Shown here: positions 43,205 to 55,173 of the stretch, one piece after another
How positions within the stretch are numbered: position 1 is the stretch's first letter
How the letters are laid out: each line of letters begins with the position of its first letter
Assembly: GCA_951406725.2 (NCBI GenBank)
Contig: OX597815.1
Coordinates: 91,946,001-92,010,000, forward strand
From: Octopus vulgaris
Lineage: Eukaryota
Direction: 5' to 3'
Length of the DNA stretch: 64,000 bases
Made by a program: the position numbers and the translations under genes
Notes under the pieces: model-generated
Database searches by the model: none
What the model was told of the DNA's origin: nothing
The model's input: only the letters and a program-made list of their open reading frames with translations

Positions 43205-46029
43205 ATAACTTATCAGTCAGGAGACTCCACTAGCCAAATAGACTTCATCCTCACCAGACAACGGGATGCAGGGTTGCTCTTGAATACAAAGACCCTCCCG
43301 GGTGAAGAATGTATCCCTCAGCATAGACTAATCATCAGTGACTTTAAGCTTGAGGCCAGAAGGACTCCAAGAAACAAACCAATCCAGAAAAGAAGGATTT
43401 GGAGGCTAAAGAACCCTTCGCATGGTCAGAAATTTAGGGACATACTCATCAAGAAATTTGATGAGAGGGAAGAGGAGCTTCAGACGTCAGACATAGAAGG
43501 TAGCTGGGAATTCCTACGGGACAGCTTGTTGAGTGCCACAGACCAAGTTTGTGGATGGTGCAAAGTCCCTTCCAGACCTAGAATTACGTGGTGGTGGAAT
43601 AGTGCAGTAGATAAAGCCATCTGTGAAAAGAGACGGGCCTGGAAAGCCTGGAAGGATGGGGGCAGCAGGGAACTGTACCAGATAGCCAAAAGGGAGGCTG
43701 GGCGGCAGGTATACATTGCCAAAGATGTAGCAGAAAAGAAGAAGTTTGCCAATGTCCAGCGTCGCGAGGATCAAAGAGCTGAAGTATTTCGGATTGCCAG
43801 ACAGTGTGTCAGAGAAAATAGCGATGTTATAGGAGAGAAATGTGTCCGCATGGATGATGGGGCACTTGCTTTTACTACTAGTGAAAAGAAAGAGGCTTGG
43901 AGAAGCCATTATGAAAGACTGCTAAATGAGGAGAATGAATGGGAGGAGGAGAGCCTGCCAAATGTTGACCCAGTAGAGGGACCAGCTACCCGAATAGACA
44001 GCTCCCTTGTAGATAAGGCAATTAAGGATATGAAACCAGGCAAAGCCCCTGGCCTATCAGGAATCACTGCTGAGATGCTTAAAACAGCTGGCTATGTGGG
44101 CCATGCCATAGTCACCCGCATTGTAAACCAGGTAGTTCACAATGGAGCCATACCCAATGACTGGTGCAGCAGTACCATAGTCAACTGCTACAAGGGTAAG
44201 GGTGATGCTCTAGATAGAAATAACTACAGAGGTATCAAACTGTTGGACCAGGTGATGAAGGTCTCAGAGAAGGTCATAACCAATCTCATTAGGGAGAGAA
44301 TTTGTTTAGATGAAATGCAGTTCGGTTTTGTACCAGGTAGAAGCACCACTGAAGCTATATTCCTGGTCCGACAACTGCAGGAGAAGTACCTAGCTAAAGA
44401 TAAACCCCTCTACATAGCTTTTGTAGACTTGGAGAAAGCCTTTGACAGGGTTCCCCGTTCCCTTATCTGGTGGTCGATGCGGAAACTGGAGATTGAAGAA
44501 TGGCTAATAAGGGCTGTACAGGCTCTATACAGAGAGGCTGTTAGCAAGGTTAGGATTGGCAACGAATATAGTGAAGAATTCCGAGTAGAAGTAGGTGTGC
44601 ACCAGGGCTCAGCCCTCAGTCCCCTTTTGTTCATCATAGTCCTTCAAGCAATAACAGAGGAATTCAAAACGGGATGCCCCTGGGAGCTCCTCTATGCCGA
44701 TGACCTAGCTCTCATAGCAGAATCACTACCGGAACTAGAAGAGAAATTTCGGGTATGGAAGCAAGGGTTGGAATCAAAGGGCCTTAGAATAAATGTAGCA
44801 AAGACCAAAGTATTAGTAAGCAGCAAGAGGTACTCAACACACATCCCCTCGGGTAGGTGGCCCTGCTCAACCTGTAGGAAAGGTACAGGTAGAAACTCCA
44901 TAAGATGCACCCAATGTAAGTTATGGACACATAAGAGGTGCAGCAACATTAAAGGGAAATTAACAGATAAGATAGCTTTCATGTGCGGCAGATGCACAGG
45001 GACAATAGACACAACAGACACTCAGAAAACAGATTCCATCACACTCCAGGGAGAGAAACTAGAAGTAGTTGATAGTTTCCGCTACCTGGGAGACCAAGTT
45101 ATTAGCGGAGGTGGATGCACAGAGAGTATCACCACTAGAATACGAATAGCCTGGGCAAAGTTCAGAAAGCTCCTACCCCTACTGGCAACAAAAGGCCTCT
45201 CCCTCAGAGCAAAAGGTAGATTATATGATGCATGTGTGCGAACTGCCATGCTTCACGGTAATGAAACATGGGCTGTGACTGCAGAAGACATGCGTAGACT
45301 TGAAAGAAATGAAGCTAGCATGATCCGCTGGATGTGTAGTGTCAGTGTGCACGCAAAACAGAGTGTAAGTATCCTGAGAGAAATGCTGGATATAAGAAGC
45401 ATCAGATGTGGTGTGCAAGAGCGACGCTTGCGATGGTATGGTCATGTGCTGCGGATGGATGAAGAGAGATGTGTGAAGAAGTGCCACTCCCAAACAGTTG
45501 AAGGTATCAGGGGGAGAGGTAGACCCAGGAAGACATGGGATGAGGTGGTCAAGCATGACCTCAGAGCATTGGGCCTCACTGAGGCAATGGCGAAGGACCG
45601 AGATCTCTGGAGATATGCTGTGACTACAAAGACCCGGGCTGCTTTCTGCAGCAATTCCACATACCCCCTACCCATTCTAAGTACCCCCTACCCATTCTAA
45701 GTACCCCGGATCCCCAAAGTACCCCGGATCCCCAAAGTACCCTGGATCCCCAAAATACCCCGATCCCCAAAGTACCCCGGACCTCGTTGCCCCCGTGCCG
45801 CTGACACGTTAAAATGCTCGAATCCGATCGTGACGATGCCGGACCCTCCGGCCCCTGTGCAGGTGGCACGTAAAAAGCACCCAATCCACTCACGGAGTGG
45901 TTGGCGTTAGGAAGGGCATCCAGCCGTAGAAACTCTGCCAGATTCAGACTGGAGCCTGGAGCGGCCCCTGGCTTCCCAGACCCGGTCAAACCGTCCAACC
46001 CGTGCTAGCGCGGAAAGCGGACGTTAAAC

Positions 46030-46062
<33 letters not shown>
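43205..46062 (+). mobile_element. young 5'-truncated RTE LINE: end of APE endonuclease, complete RT with inserted PHD finger, 3'UTR, (GAT)n tail
   Basis: Uninterrupted frame from ITYQSG..SQIDFIL..QHRL (APE C-terminus) through KAPG, NYRGIKL, QFGF, FVDLEKAFD, QGSALSPLLF, YADD and FRYLG to GRPRKTW; stop at 45700. Possible TSD ATGTATAT on both sides. Confidence 0.95.
45658..45781 (+). repeat. 18-20-bp tandem repeats (AAGTACCCCTACCCATTCT / AAGTACCCCGGATCCCCA) at the RTE ORF/3'UTR junction
   Basis: About 6-7 directly visible units. Confidence 0.9.
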
Positions 46063-46063
<1 letters not shown>

Positions 46064-46389
46064 TATATGAGAGGGATTGGTATCTAGAAGATGTAAAGAG
46101 TGGCAGGTAATGCTAAGTAAGTGCTATGGACATATGGACAGACCATAGTTAAACTCTTGGTTCGATAGTGATAGGAGTGAGAAGTCTAATGTGGGTCTTG
46201 TATTAGCATGCATATGTATATAGGGAGAGATAAGTTATGAGAGGTAATGGTGTCATTAAGACCCAAAGGTGTCAGGTAATGCCAAGTAAGTGCTATGGAT
46301 AGACCATAGTTAAGCTCCAGGTTCAGTGATTATGCAAATAGGGAGTCCAACATAGGTCATATATCAGCATGTGTATATATAAAAAAAAA

Positions 46390-46545
46390 TTTTCAGAATG
46401 AGATAAAAAACCAAGGCTGTGAAGATTTTAGAACATTTATAAATAGAAGTTCTTACAGCTGTTTCCAGGATATTTATTATATCCCTTCAATGGAGACGGT
46501 GTGAGAGAATGGTTAAGCAATAGTTAATTTGGATAGGAAATTATA
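46390..46545 (-). repeat. Penelope-like pseudo-LTR fragment with degenerate hammerhead core
   Basis: Minus strand GTCTCCATTGAAG-GGATAT-loop-ATATCC-TG-GAAACAGCTGTA-AGA; related sequence at 50121-50270. Confidence 0.5.
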
Positions 46546-46554
46546 TATATATAT

Positions 46555-49401
46555 CGGGTGGGCGAACTTTTTTGATCGCGGCCGCACAGTGCGTCTTGGC
46601 GGGCCTCATTTATAAAAATCAAGTGAAAATATTTTTAAAGGCGGTTATAGACCTATAAACACACAATTGATTGAAAGGAAATTTTGTGAAATATTCCTGG
46701 TTTAAGTGATTTAATTTATTTTTTAGAGTATCGGGTTCATGTTTTTCGGTTATTTGCTCCTATAGTTGAAATTATTACAGGAACCTCGGTTATTTTGGAC
46801 AGCCTGTTATTGCTTACAAATTGCCAGGAACGGAATTTTCCTAGTAAAATCTGCACTAATTGTGGACAACTATGATGAATATTATACTTAAATTCTAGGA
46901 TACCCAAAATAAAAGATTTTAAAGAGAAATAACAGTTTATTAATATGAATTGATATCTGAAATTAGAAACGTCACCTGAAGCATTTATTTGAAAAACAAA
47001 GCGGCTCTGTAAATAACAATGTCAATGAGAATGATGCAGCTGACTACTGTCATTTACCAGTTTGTCAAAATTAGGTGTCAAGTTGCTTGTGCTGATTCTT
47101 AACACTGACTGAAGATTTGAGTCTGTGAGAAGTGATCGATTCTTCCCCTTGTTAATTTTCATGATGGAGAAAGTCTGCTCACATATGTAAGTTGATGCAA
47201 ACAACACAAACGTCTTTCTTGCAAATTTTTTTAGATTTTGAAACTTTTTTGAATGTAGAGAAGCATAAAACTCAACCAGTGGTTTACTTTCAAACATCAT
47301 CTTTAAAGAATTGTCGGCTTGCAAATGAATCAGTTCTATCTGCAGTTCCTCGGTAGTTGTTTCAATGTCACAGGCAAGAGGTGAGTTAAGCAAATCGAAC
47401 AGGCCTTCAACTGCCTTGAAATCAGCAAATCTTCTAATGAATTCCTTTTGTAAAGCCATCAACTGGGAACTGTACTTGTCCGATGATTCTTGTGTAACAG
47501 ACTGTGTTTTCAGCAGAGGGAAGTGAACAAATTTTTGCTCATTCAGCTGCTTGGCAAAAAGTCCAAGCTTCCATTGAAAAGCTTTCACTTCCAGGTACAA
47601 TTCATGAGCAAATATACCTTTGCCTTGCAGTATTGTGTTAAGTTCATTCAGCTTCTGCATTATGTCCACAGCAAATGCAAAATCACAAACCCATTCGTCA
47701 CTCTCCATTTCATTTAAAAAGTCACAGGAGATGTCTTGCATTTTGAGAAACATAAGAATCTCTGCTTTGAGGTCCCATACTCTCTTAAGAACCTTTCCAA
47801 TGCTTAACCAGCGGACATTTGTGTAGTACAGCACATCAGTAAAATCAGCCTCCACATCCTCCAAGAAACTTCGGAATTGCCTGTGTTTCAATCCCCGTGA
47901 TCTTATTAAATTCACTGCATGCACCACAAGTTCGATGACATGTTTGAGTTTTAAAGATGACTTACAAAGGCTTTCTTGATGTATGATGCAGTGAAAAGAC
48001 AACACACTGTGTAGTGGAAAATCTTCTTTGATTTTGTCATTCAACAACTACACAAGGCCAGAATGTTTACCGGTGAGTGAAGGAGCTCCATCGGTTGTAA
48101 TGCTGGCCAGTTTATTTAGGGTTAATCCAGACCTGATTGAACTGTTAATGACACTGTTGAACAAATCTTTTCCAGTAGTAGTGTCTTTGAGAGACTCCAT
48201 AGATAACAATTCCTCTGTAATTTCAAAGTTTTCGTCAATTCCTCTGATGTAAATGAGTAACTGAGCAGTATCCTGAATATCAGTACTCTCATCTAAAGCA
48301 ATAGAAAACCACTGGCTGTTAACAGCTGTTCATGAATATTCACGGCAATTGCATCAATGTGACGAACAATAGTTCTTCGTGACAGGGAAATGGCTTCTAC
48401 TTTTGACTTAACTTCAGGACACACAATGCTGACAGCATCAACCATACAATCTTTGATAAATTCTGCTTCTGCGAATGACTTGTTTTGCTTTGCAATTTTG
48501 TTGGCCAATATAAAACTTGCCTTTGTCGCGTTCCTTTGTAAAGAGGAAGTTTTATCAAACACATTTTGCTGTTGCTTCAAACGTTTTGTCAGACCATTTG
48601 CTCTCTTTTGCAGTTCTTGTTTTGATAAATTGTGTCCAAAATTGGCGTGCTTCGTTTGAAAGTGGCGTTTCAAATTATATTCCTTGAACACAGCAACTGT
48701 TTCAGAACAAATCAAACATGCAGCTTTCACTCCAACGTCGGTAAAGAAATACTTTTCAGTCCAATTTTCATTAAAAACACGACATTCCTCTTCAATTTTT
48801 CGCTTTTTAGATAGCTTCGAACAACTCATTTTGGGTAAATTTTATCAGACAACAAAAGCTAGTTTGAAACACTCGTGTCTGTACTAAATTCAAATAATCG
48901 ATAGAGTGAATGATAACCAACCACAGCTCTGTGTCCAGAAAAAGCTGGTTCAAGCCCTTTTATTAACCTGGCCGGCTTCTTCATTGGAACGAAACGCATC
49001 GTCCATCTTCACCATCTATCACGTGATTTATTTATTTGAATGTTTCAAGCATATCGATTCACTCATTGTATTGCCACAATACTTGTTTCATTGTTCTATT
49101 AATTTTTGAGTTTGTAGGGTCTGACGAGAAAACACAGAAAAAATATCTTCACCTGGAAATGTGTTTTATTATGATGTCATGGGAATATTTCTCGAAATTT
49201 TTCATCGCTTCACAGTAGCTGAAACAAACAAACAGTGGACAATTTTGTGAAGGCGTGAAACAGTGAACTGAAATAAAATGCAAACTATTGTGAATTACCG
49301 TACAACCGAAACAGTTACGAAGTATCTGCATAGAAGTTGGGATTCATAAAAGCTCTCAGCGGGCCGCATGCAACCCGCGGGCCGTAGTTTGCCCACCCCT
49401 G
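46555..49401 (-). mobile_element. full-length hAT transposon (Charlie/SPIN/GTF2IRD2-like), 2.85 kb
   Basis: TIR CAGGGGTGGGCAAACT at the right end; slightly decayed CGGGTGGGCGAACT at the left end; 8-bp TSD ATATATAT. Confidence 0.92.
47022..48829 (-). pseudogene. hAT transposase disrupted by one frameshift (~48310) and one in-frame TAG (~48049)
   Basis: Zn-finger region CLIC..NLKRHF; ALDESTD, TTDGA, HCIIH, VRWLS and FASTYICEQTFS motifs (DDE triad retained). Confidence 0.92.
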
Positions 49402-49437
49402 ATATATATCTTAGACAATATATCTCTTTTTTTTTTA

Positions 49438-49806
49438 ACTCTTTTTACTTATTTCAGTCATTTTGACTGCGGCCATGCTGGAGCACCACCTTTAATCAAG
49501 CAACTCGATCTCGGGACTTATTCTTTGTAAGCTCAGTACTTATTCTATCGGTCTCTTTTGCCGAACCGCTAAGTGACGGGGACATAAACACACCAGCATC
49601 AGTTGTCAAGCAATGCTAGGGGGACAAACACAGACACACAAACATTACACGCACATACATATATACGACGGGCTTCTTTCAGTTTCCGTCTACCAAATCC
49701 ACTCACAAGGCTTTGGTGGGCCCAAGGCTATAGTAGAAGACACTTGCCCAAGGTGCCACACAATGGGACTGAACCCGGAACCATGTGGTTGGTAAACAAG
49801 CTACTT
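49438..49806 (-). mobile_element. tRNA-derived SINE (octopus-type)
   Basis: Reverse complement of the family at 50276-50660; B-box GGTTCAGTCCC and GGCACCTTGGGCAAG core. Confidence 0.85.
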
Positions 49807-50275
49807 TATTTCATGAAAATTCGCCATTAAGGCGTTACATAGAGGGGACATACAAATACAGACAAACATATAGGGTGTAGTAGCTTAAAACATTTTAGTA
49901 TTTACAATATAATGTGTACAATATAAAGATTACAAATTTAATATTACACAGTAGGGCAAGGAACCCAGCCATCTGGGTAGAACCTTTACTTCTTGATCTG
50001 GCCACACTTACCTGGTGCCAAATATACCCAGCTTGCAAGCTACAGACTTCCATCTTTTCACAAACACATCTCGTGACAGACACCTCTTACCACACAGCCA
50101 CTCCTGCACCTATATATATCTTAAACAAAATGAGACAACAAAACCAAGGCTGTGAGGAGTTTTCAGGACATTTCCAGAAACAGCTGTAAGACTATATCTA
50201 TATCTCTTTCCTTATAAATGTCCTGAAAACTCCTCACAGCCTTGGCTTTGCTATCACATTTTGTCTAATATATAT

Positions 50276-50660
50276 AGGTGCAGGAGTGGCTGTGTGGTAA
50301 GTAGCTTGGGTACCAACCACATGGTTTCAGGTTCAGTCCCACTGCATGGCACCTTCGGCAACTGTCATCTACTATAACCTCGGGCCGAACAAAGCCTTGT
50401 GAGTGGATTTGGTAGACAGAAACTGAAAGAAGCCCATTGTATATATGTGTGTGAGTGTATGTCTGTGTTTGCCCTCCTCCCCCATCGCTTGACAACCAAT
50501 GATGGTGTGTTTACGTCCCCATAACTTAGCAGTTCATCCAAAGAGTCCGATAGAATAATTACTAGCCTTACAAAAAATAAGCCCTGGGATCAATTTGTTC
50601 AACTAAAGGTGGTGCTCCAGCATGGCCACAGTCAAATGACTGAAACAAGTAAAGGAGTAG
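50276..50660 (+). mobile_element. full-length tRNA-derived SINE (octopus-type)
   Basis: A-box TGGCTGTGTGG, B-box GGTTCAGTCCC, internal (GT)n, 3' end CAGCATGGCCACAGTCAAATGACTGAAACAAGTAAA. Confidence 0.88.
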
Positions 50661-50835
50661 AACAATACATGTATATATGTATTTTCTTTTATCCAATGTA
50701 TATATATATATATATATAATTAAATTAGGCAGTGGTTTAGCAATGAATTACCAAAAAGCAAAACTGTAACTGTCATTAGATATGACAGGTGTTAGAACAC
50801 CTACAATGCTAGGTGTTGCACAGAAAGTTGGCATA

Positions 50836-51116
50836 TCATCATCATCATCATCATCATCATTTAGCGTCCGCTTTCCATGCTAGCATGGGTTGGACGGTTC
50901 AACTGGGGACTGCGAAGCCGGAAGGCTGCATCAGGCCCAGTCTGATCTGGCAGTGTTTCTATGGCTGGATGCCCTTCCTAACGCCAACCACTCCATGAGT
51001 GTAGTGGGTGCTTTTTACGTGCCACCCGCACAGGTGCCAGACGGAGCTGGCAAACGGCCACGAACGGATGGTGCTTTTACGTGCCACCGGCACGGGGGCC
51101 AGGCCAGGCTGGCAAC

Positions 51117-51120
<4 letters not shown>
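50836..51120 (-). mobile_element. RTE 3' tail fragment, near-identical to 14600-14888
   Basis: (CAT)8 tail and 3'UTR; truncated at a TA/CA microsatellite (51121-51236). Confidence 0.9.
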
Positions 51121-51189
<69 letters not shown>

Positions 51190-51202
51190 TATATATACAT
51201 AC

Positions 51203-51236
<34 letters not shown>

Positions 51237-51474
51237 GCCAACTTTCAGTGCAACATTTTATGGTTATTATTAGTCAATGTAATGTCACCCCACCCACCCA
51301 CCCACCCACCCACTTCTGAGTGAAATTAAGACTCTTAAACCTAACTTTCCTACTCATTTTCTTCTTTTTTTTTTTTCTTTCGACTATTTAAGGGGTGATA
51401 ACTCGATCGTCCATTATCTCGGAGCAGGAGCTAACTTGAACATTATGTTTTGAAAGACAAGACATAGGCATTTT

Positions 51475-51972
51475 GGCAAGACTCCCAGCCACTCTTCAAA
51501 AAAAATTTTTGTTTCAACACAAACCCCATTTTTTCGGCAATGGGGAATATGAATCTGCAAAAAAATTGGCAAAAATCGGCATTTTTAAATTACCACCCCC
51601 ACCCATTTCCTTCATTTTTTCACTCTTTTTAGTAATTATTTTTTTCAAAATATGTGGGAAAATGCAGAGATTATGATTCTGAATAAAATTTTTTTTAAGA
51701 ATTTTTTTTTTCTTTGTAAATATGCGAAAAATAGACATTAAGATTTAGACAAAAATTTCAAAATATTTCTGTTACAGTTAGGGTTTTAGGGTCAGGGTTA
51801 GTGTTGGGGAATAAAGTCAAAATTGAAGAAGTTGGGGCGAAAGGGGGTGGGGAATTTTCACAATGCTGATTTTTGGCAATTTTCCGGAACCTCCATATCC
51901 AAAAATGGGGATTTTTGGCAAAAAAAATTTTTTTAATTAAACAAATTTAGGAGAAGATGGCAGGGAGTTTCC
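51475..51972 (-). mobile_element. MITE with TTAGGG-like repeats; same family as 54617-55173, opposite orientation
   Basis: Ends GGCAAGACTCCC ... GGGAGTTTCC; internal sequence is reverse-complementary to 54617-55173; TSD not recognisable. Confidence 0.8.
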
Positions 51973-52584
51973 TTTCTCTCTCTCTCATATATATACATAG
52001 CCGAAATTGCTAAGATAATCTGGAACTCGACTGAGGAAAGAAAACTCCAAATGAGCCGTCCTTGTTTTCTTTGTATCGTTTGTCTGGATGTTTTGTGTTC
52101 TTGACCCATTTTTGTATTTTATTTATATATATATATATGTATGTATCTTTTGTCCACCTCAATATCATTCAAATCTTTCTTTAGCATATTCTTTTGCCAT
52201 CACTTAATTACCCACGATATAATCTAATGTAAATGTTTTGTAAGTGCTGAATGGATTTTAAGGTTATGCTCTGCCTTTCTTCACAATGAATGAGACACAA
52301 AGCTGTTTTACTGACAAATTCGAATATCGCTGAAAACGGTGTTATTAGCATTACAGTCACTAAAACATCACCTAAACTATCACCACTTTTGATTATCAAC
52401 TCATAAAACATTCCATTTGCTCTTAACTCATTGCCTTTGTTTTGTTTAGTTAACCATTGTCCTATCTATAGATTTAGTTTTAATTAAAATTATCATGTGA
52501 GGTTGCTACATTAATTTTGTTAACCCTTCGACCCCGCATTGAAGGTTTTAGTCAAATAAATCAACTGCAGTAGTTTTTTTTTTT

Positions 52585-52797
52585 TTTTTTATAGCCTAGA
52601 ACTTATTCTATCAGTCTCTTTCCTGAATTGCTAAGTGATGGGGATGTAAACAAACCAACACTGGTTGTCAAGCGGTGGTCTCTCACACACGCACACACTT
52701 CTTTCAGCTTTTGTCAACTAGGCCCCTTCTATGTTATGCAGTGGGAATGAACCCAGAACTATATGGTTGGGAGGTAAACTTCCTACCACACAGCCAC
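52585..52797 (-). mobile_element. degenerate tRNA-SINE
   Basis: Homologous to 49438-49806, with deletions. Confidence 0.7.
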
Positions 52798-54616
52798 GTT
52801 TCATCATTGCCGTTTACTTTTACAGACACGTGCATTATTACGGTGCTTCTCTGACGATTTTACAAAACTATATTTGCAGTGGTCTCCATATCAGACTATT
52901 ACCCGTTCTCGTCATCGCATTATTTATTTCTAATGTTAATTAATTGTAACCCTGATGAATTAACTCAATGTTTTCCAAGGTTATTTTGTTGTGGAACCTT
53001 TAAACAGTTGTTCATAAATGTGTAGAAATCACGTATACATTTTGCAGACACTCTTACCATAGCTTTAATTTTTTTAATAAAATAAAAGTAATTATGGTCA
53101 AAGAAATTATTCGATTATTTTGAAATAGTGAATACCATTCCCTTTCCTTTGTACACAATGTTTACTATACCAACAGAGAAATGGGGCAATTCAAGAATGA
53201 GTTATTAAAAAAAAAATTCTTTTGTGGATAATTTTATCAAATTTTGAACACTTTAGAGACAACAGGTTGTTTTTCATCATCACAAGATCTGATGTCGCTA
53301 AAGAGGGAATAGATTTATTTCCTTCAGTATGTAAAAACATGTAGTTAATTACAAATGCCTCTGTGTGTGTGCATGCTTGTATGTACTATAGAACTGGTCA
53401 GTACTGAAAGCTATGCCATCTTAATTCCCTATGGAGAAATAAACTGGAGCGGGACTTACATGTGTGGATGTCTAAAAGTATTGACTCTTTTATCTCTGGC
53501 AACAAAAATCTAGGTACACAAGAACAATGTGATGCCACAAGATGTTGATGGGGCAATAAATGGTGTTGGGGGTGAAGGATGAAAGAATTGAATGGTGTGG
53601 AATGGGTTGAAATGGAGTGGAAGTAAGGGGTAGTAGCATCAGTGAAGGAAGAGAAAGAGGCAGAGAGAAACAGATAGAGATTTATGGTACTGGTAATGCA
53701 CTCATACATGTATATATATGAACAGAGATGAAAATTAACAAGTTATTTTATTCCCACCAATCAGGAATTATTATCGAGTTTGTGAATTCAGCAAAAAGGT
53801 AAGAAAAACTTCCATCATTGATAGAAAGGCTTTTGCGGCTGAGAAGTTTCACAGAATATTTTTTGTTTCTTTTTGAGCATATTTTCCAAAAGTTCATATT
53901 GAAATTTTTTTGAAGAAATTGTTGAAAAAATTTGTTTGAACTGAAATCTCTTCATGTTTGATTCAAAAATACATAAAATACATAGTGCAAGTAAAAAAAG
54001 TTTGTCAATATTCAAAGGAATATTTAAAATTTGGATTTATACCTGCTATCCATGACAAACAGTCACCCTTCTGCCTCTTGTGCCAATAATGTTTGATCAA
54101 TGAAACCAAATTGTCTTGAGGTGAATTTAAAGTCAAAACATAGTACGTATGTAAATTCAGATTTAAATTACTTGAAGTCTTTGAAGGAGAAGTTTGCAAA
54201 AAGAACAACCAAATGTCTCTGTTTACTGCACAAACTGATAATGCCCATTGTATTCTTGGGGCTAGTTATGAAATTTCATTACTCATTGCTAAATGTAGAA
54301 AAAATTATACTATTGGGGAGGATTTAATTAAACCATCAATATCAGCATTTTTTAAAACAGTCCTGGAAAAAGATGACAAAGTTGTTCAAGCCATGCCACT
54401 CAGTAACTATACTGTTAGTAAAAGAATAGATAAAATGGAGTGAAGATGTTGAAACACAACTTGCTGAAATCAAGAAAATTCTCATTACAAATAGATGAAT
54501 CAACTCTAAGAGACAGTAAGGTCATATTGCTAACCTATGCAAGGTATATTGATAAAGGTGAATTTGCTGAAGAAATGATATTCTGCAAATCATTAGAAAC
54601 CACCACTACTGCTACT

Positions 54617-55173
54617 GGAAAGACTTCCGCCCATCCCCCACCACCATTTTCTCTCAAATTTGTTTATTTAAAAAATTTTTTTTGCCAAAAACCCCCTTTT
54701 TCAGATACGGAGGTTCCAGAAAATTGCCAAAAATCGGCATTGTTAAATCCCACCCCTTTCCCCACCCAAATTCTTCAATTTTGACTTTTTACCCCAACAC
54801 TAACCTTAACCCTAACCCTAATCCTAAAACCCTAACCCTAACCCTAAAACCCTAACCCTAACCATAACTACAGAAATGTTTTGAAATTTTTGACCGAATC
54901 ATAATGTCCATATTTTTCTGCATATTTAGAAAAAAAAATTCTTGAAAAAAAAATTTTTTCAGAATCATAATCTCCGTATTTTACCACATATTTTGGGGGA
55001 AAAATTTTCTGAAAAAAGTAAAAAAATGAAGGAAATGGGGTGTGGGGTTTAAAAATGCCGTTTTTGCCAATTTTTTTGCAGATTCGTATTCCTCATAACT
55101 GAAAAAGGGGGTTTGTGTCGAAAAAAAATTTTTTTAAAGGGGTGGTTTTGGTGGGGGGATGGGAAGTCTTGCC
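54617..55173 (+). mobile_element. MITE with 8-bp TSD and internal (TAACCC)n, probably Merlin superfamily
   Basis: CTGCTACT|GGAAAGACTTCC ... GGAAGTCTTGCC|CTGCTACT. Removing it restores the hAT frame LETTTTAT-DIYDELK. GGNRM ends with an 8-bp TSD fit Merlin. Confidence 0.85.

Noticed and set aside
50276-50345. tRNA-like A/B boxes as tRNA genes
   Set aside because: No complete cloverleaf, and they continue into SINE bodies present in multiple copies.
52008-52070. GAAA...AUC...CUGAGGA hammerhead-like order
   Set aside because: Helix II cannot be formed and helix I is poor in this copy.
54801-54863. TAACCC tract as a chromosome end or fusion scar
   Set aside because: It is internal to a TIR/TSD-bounded MITE.
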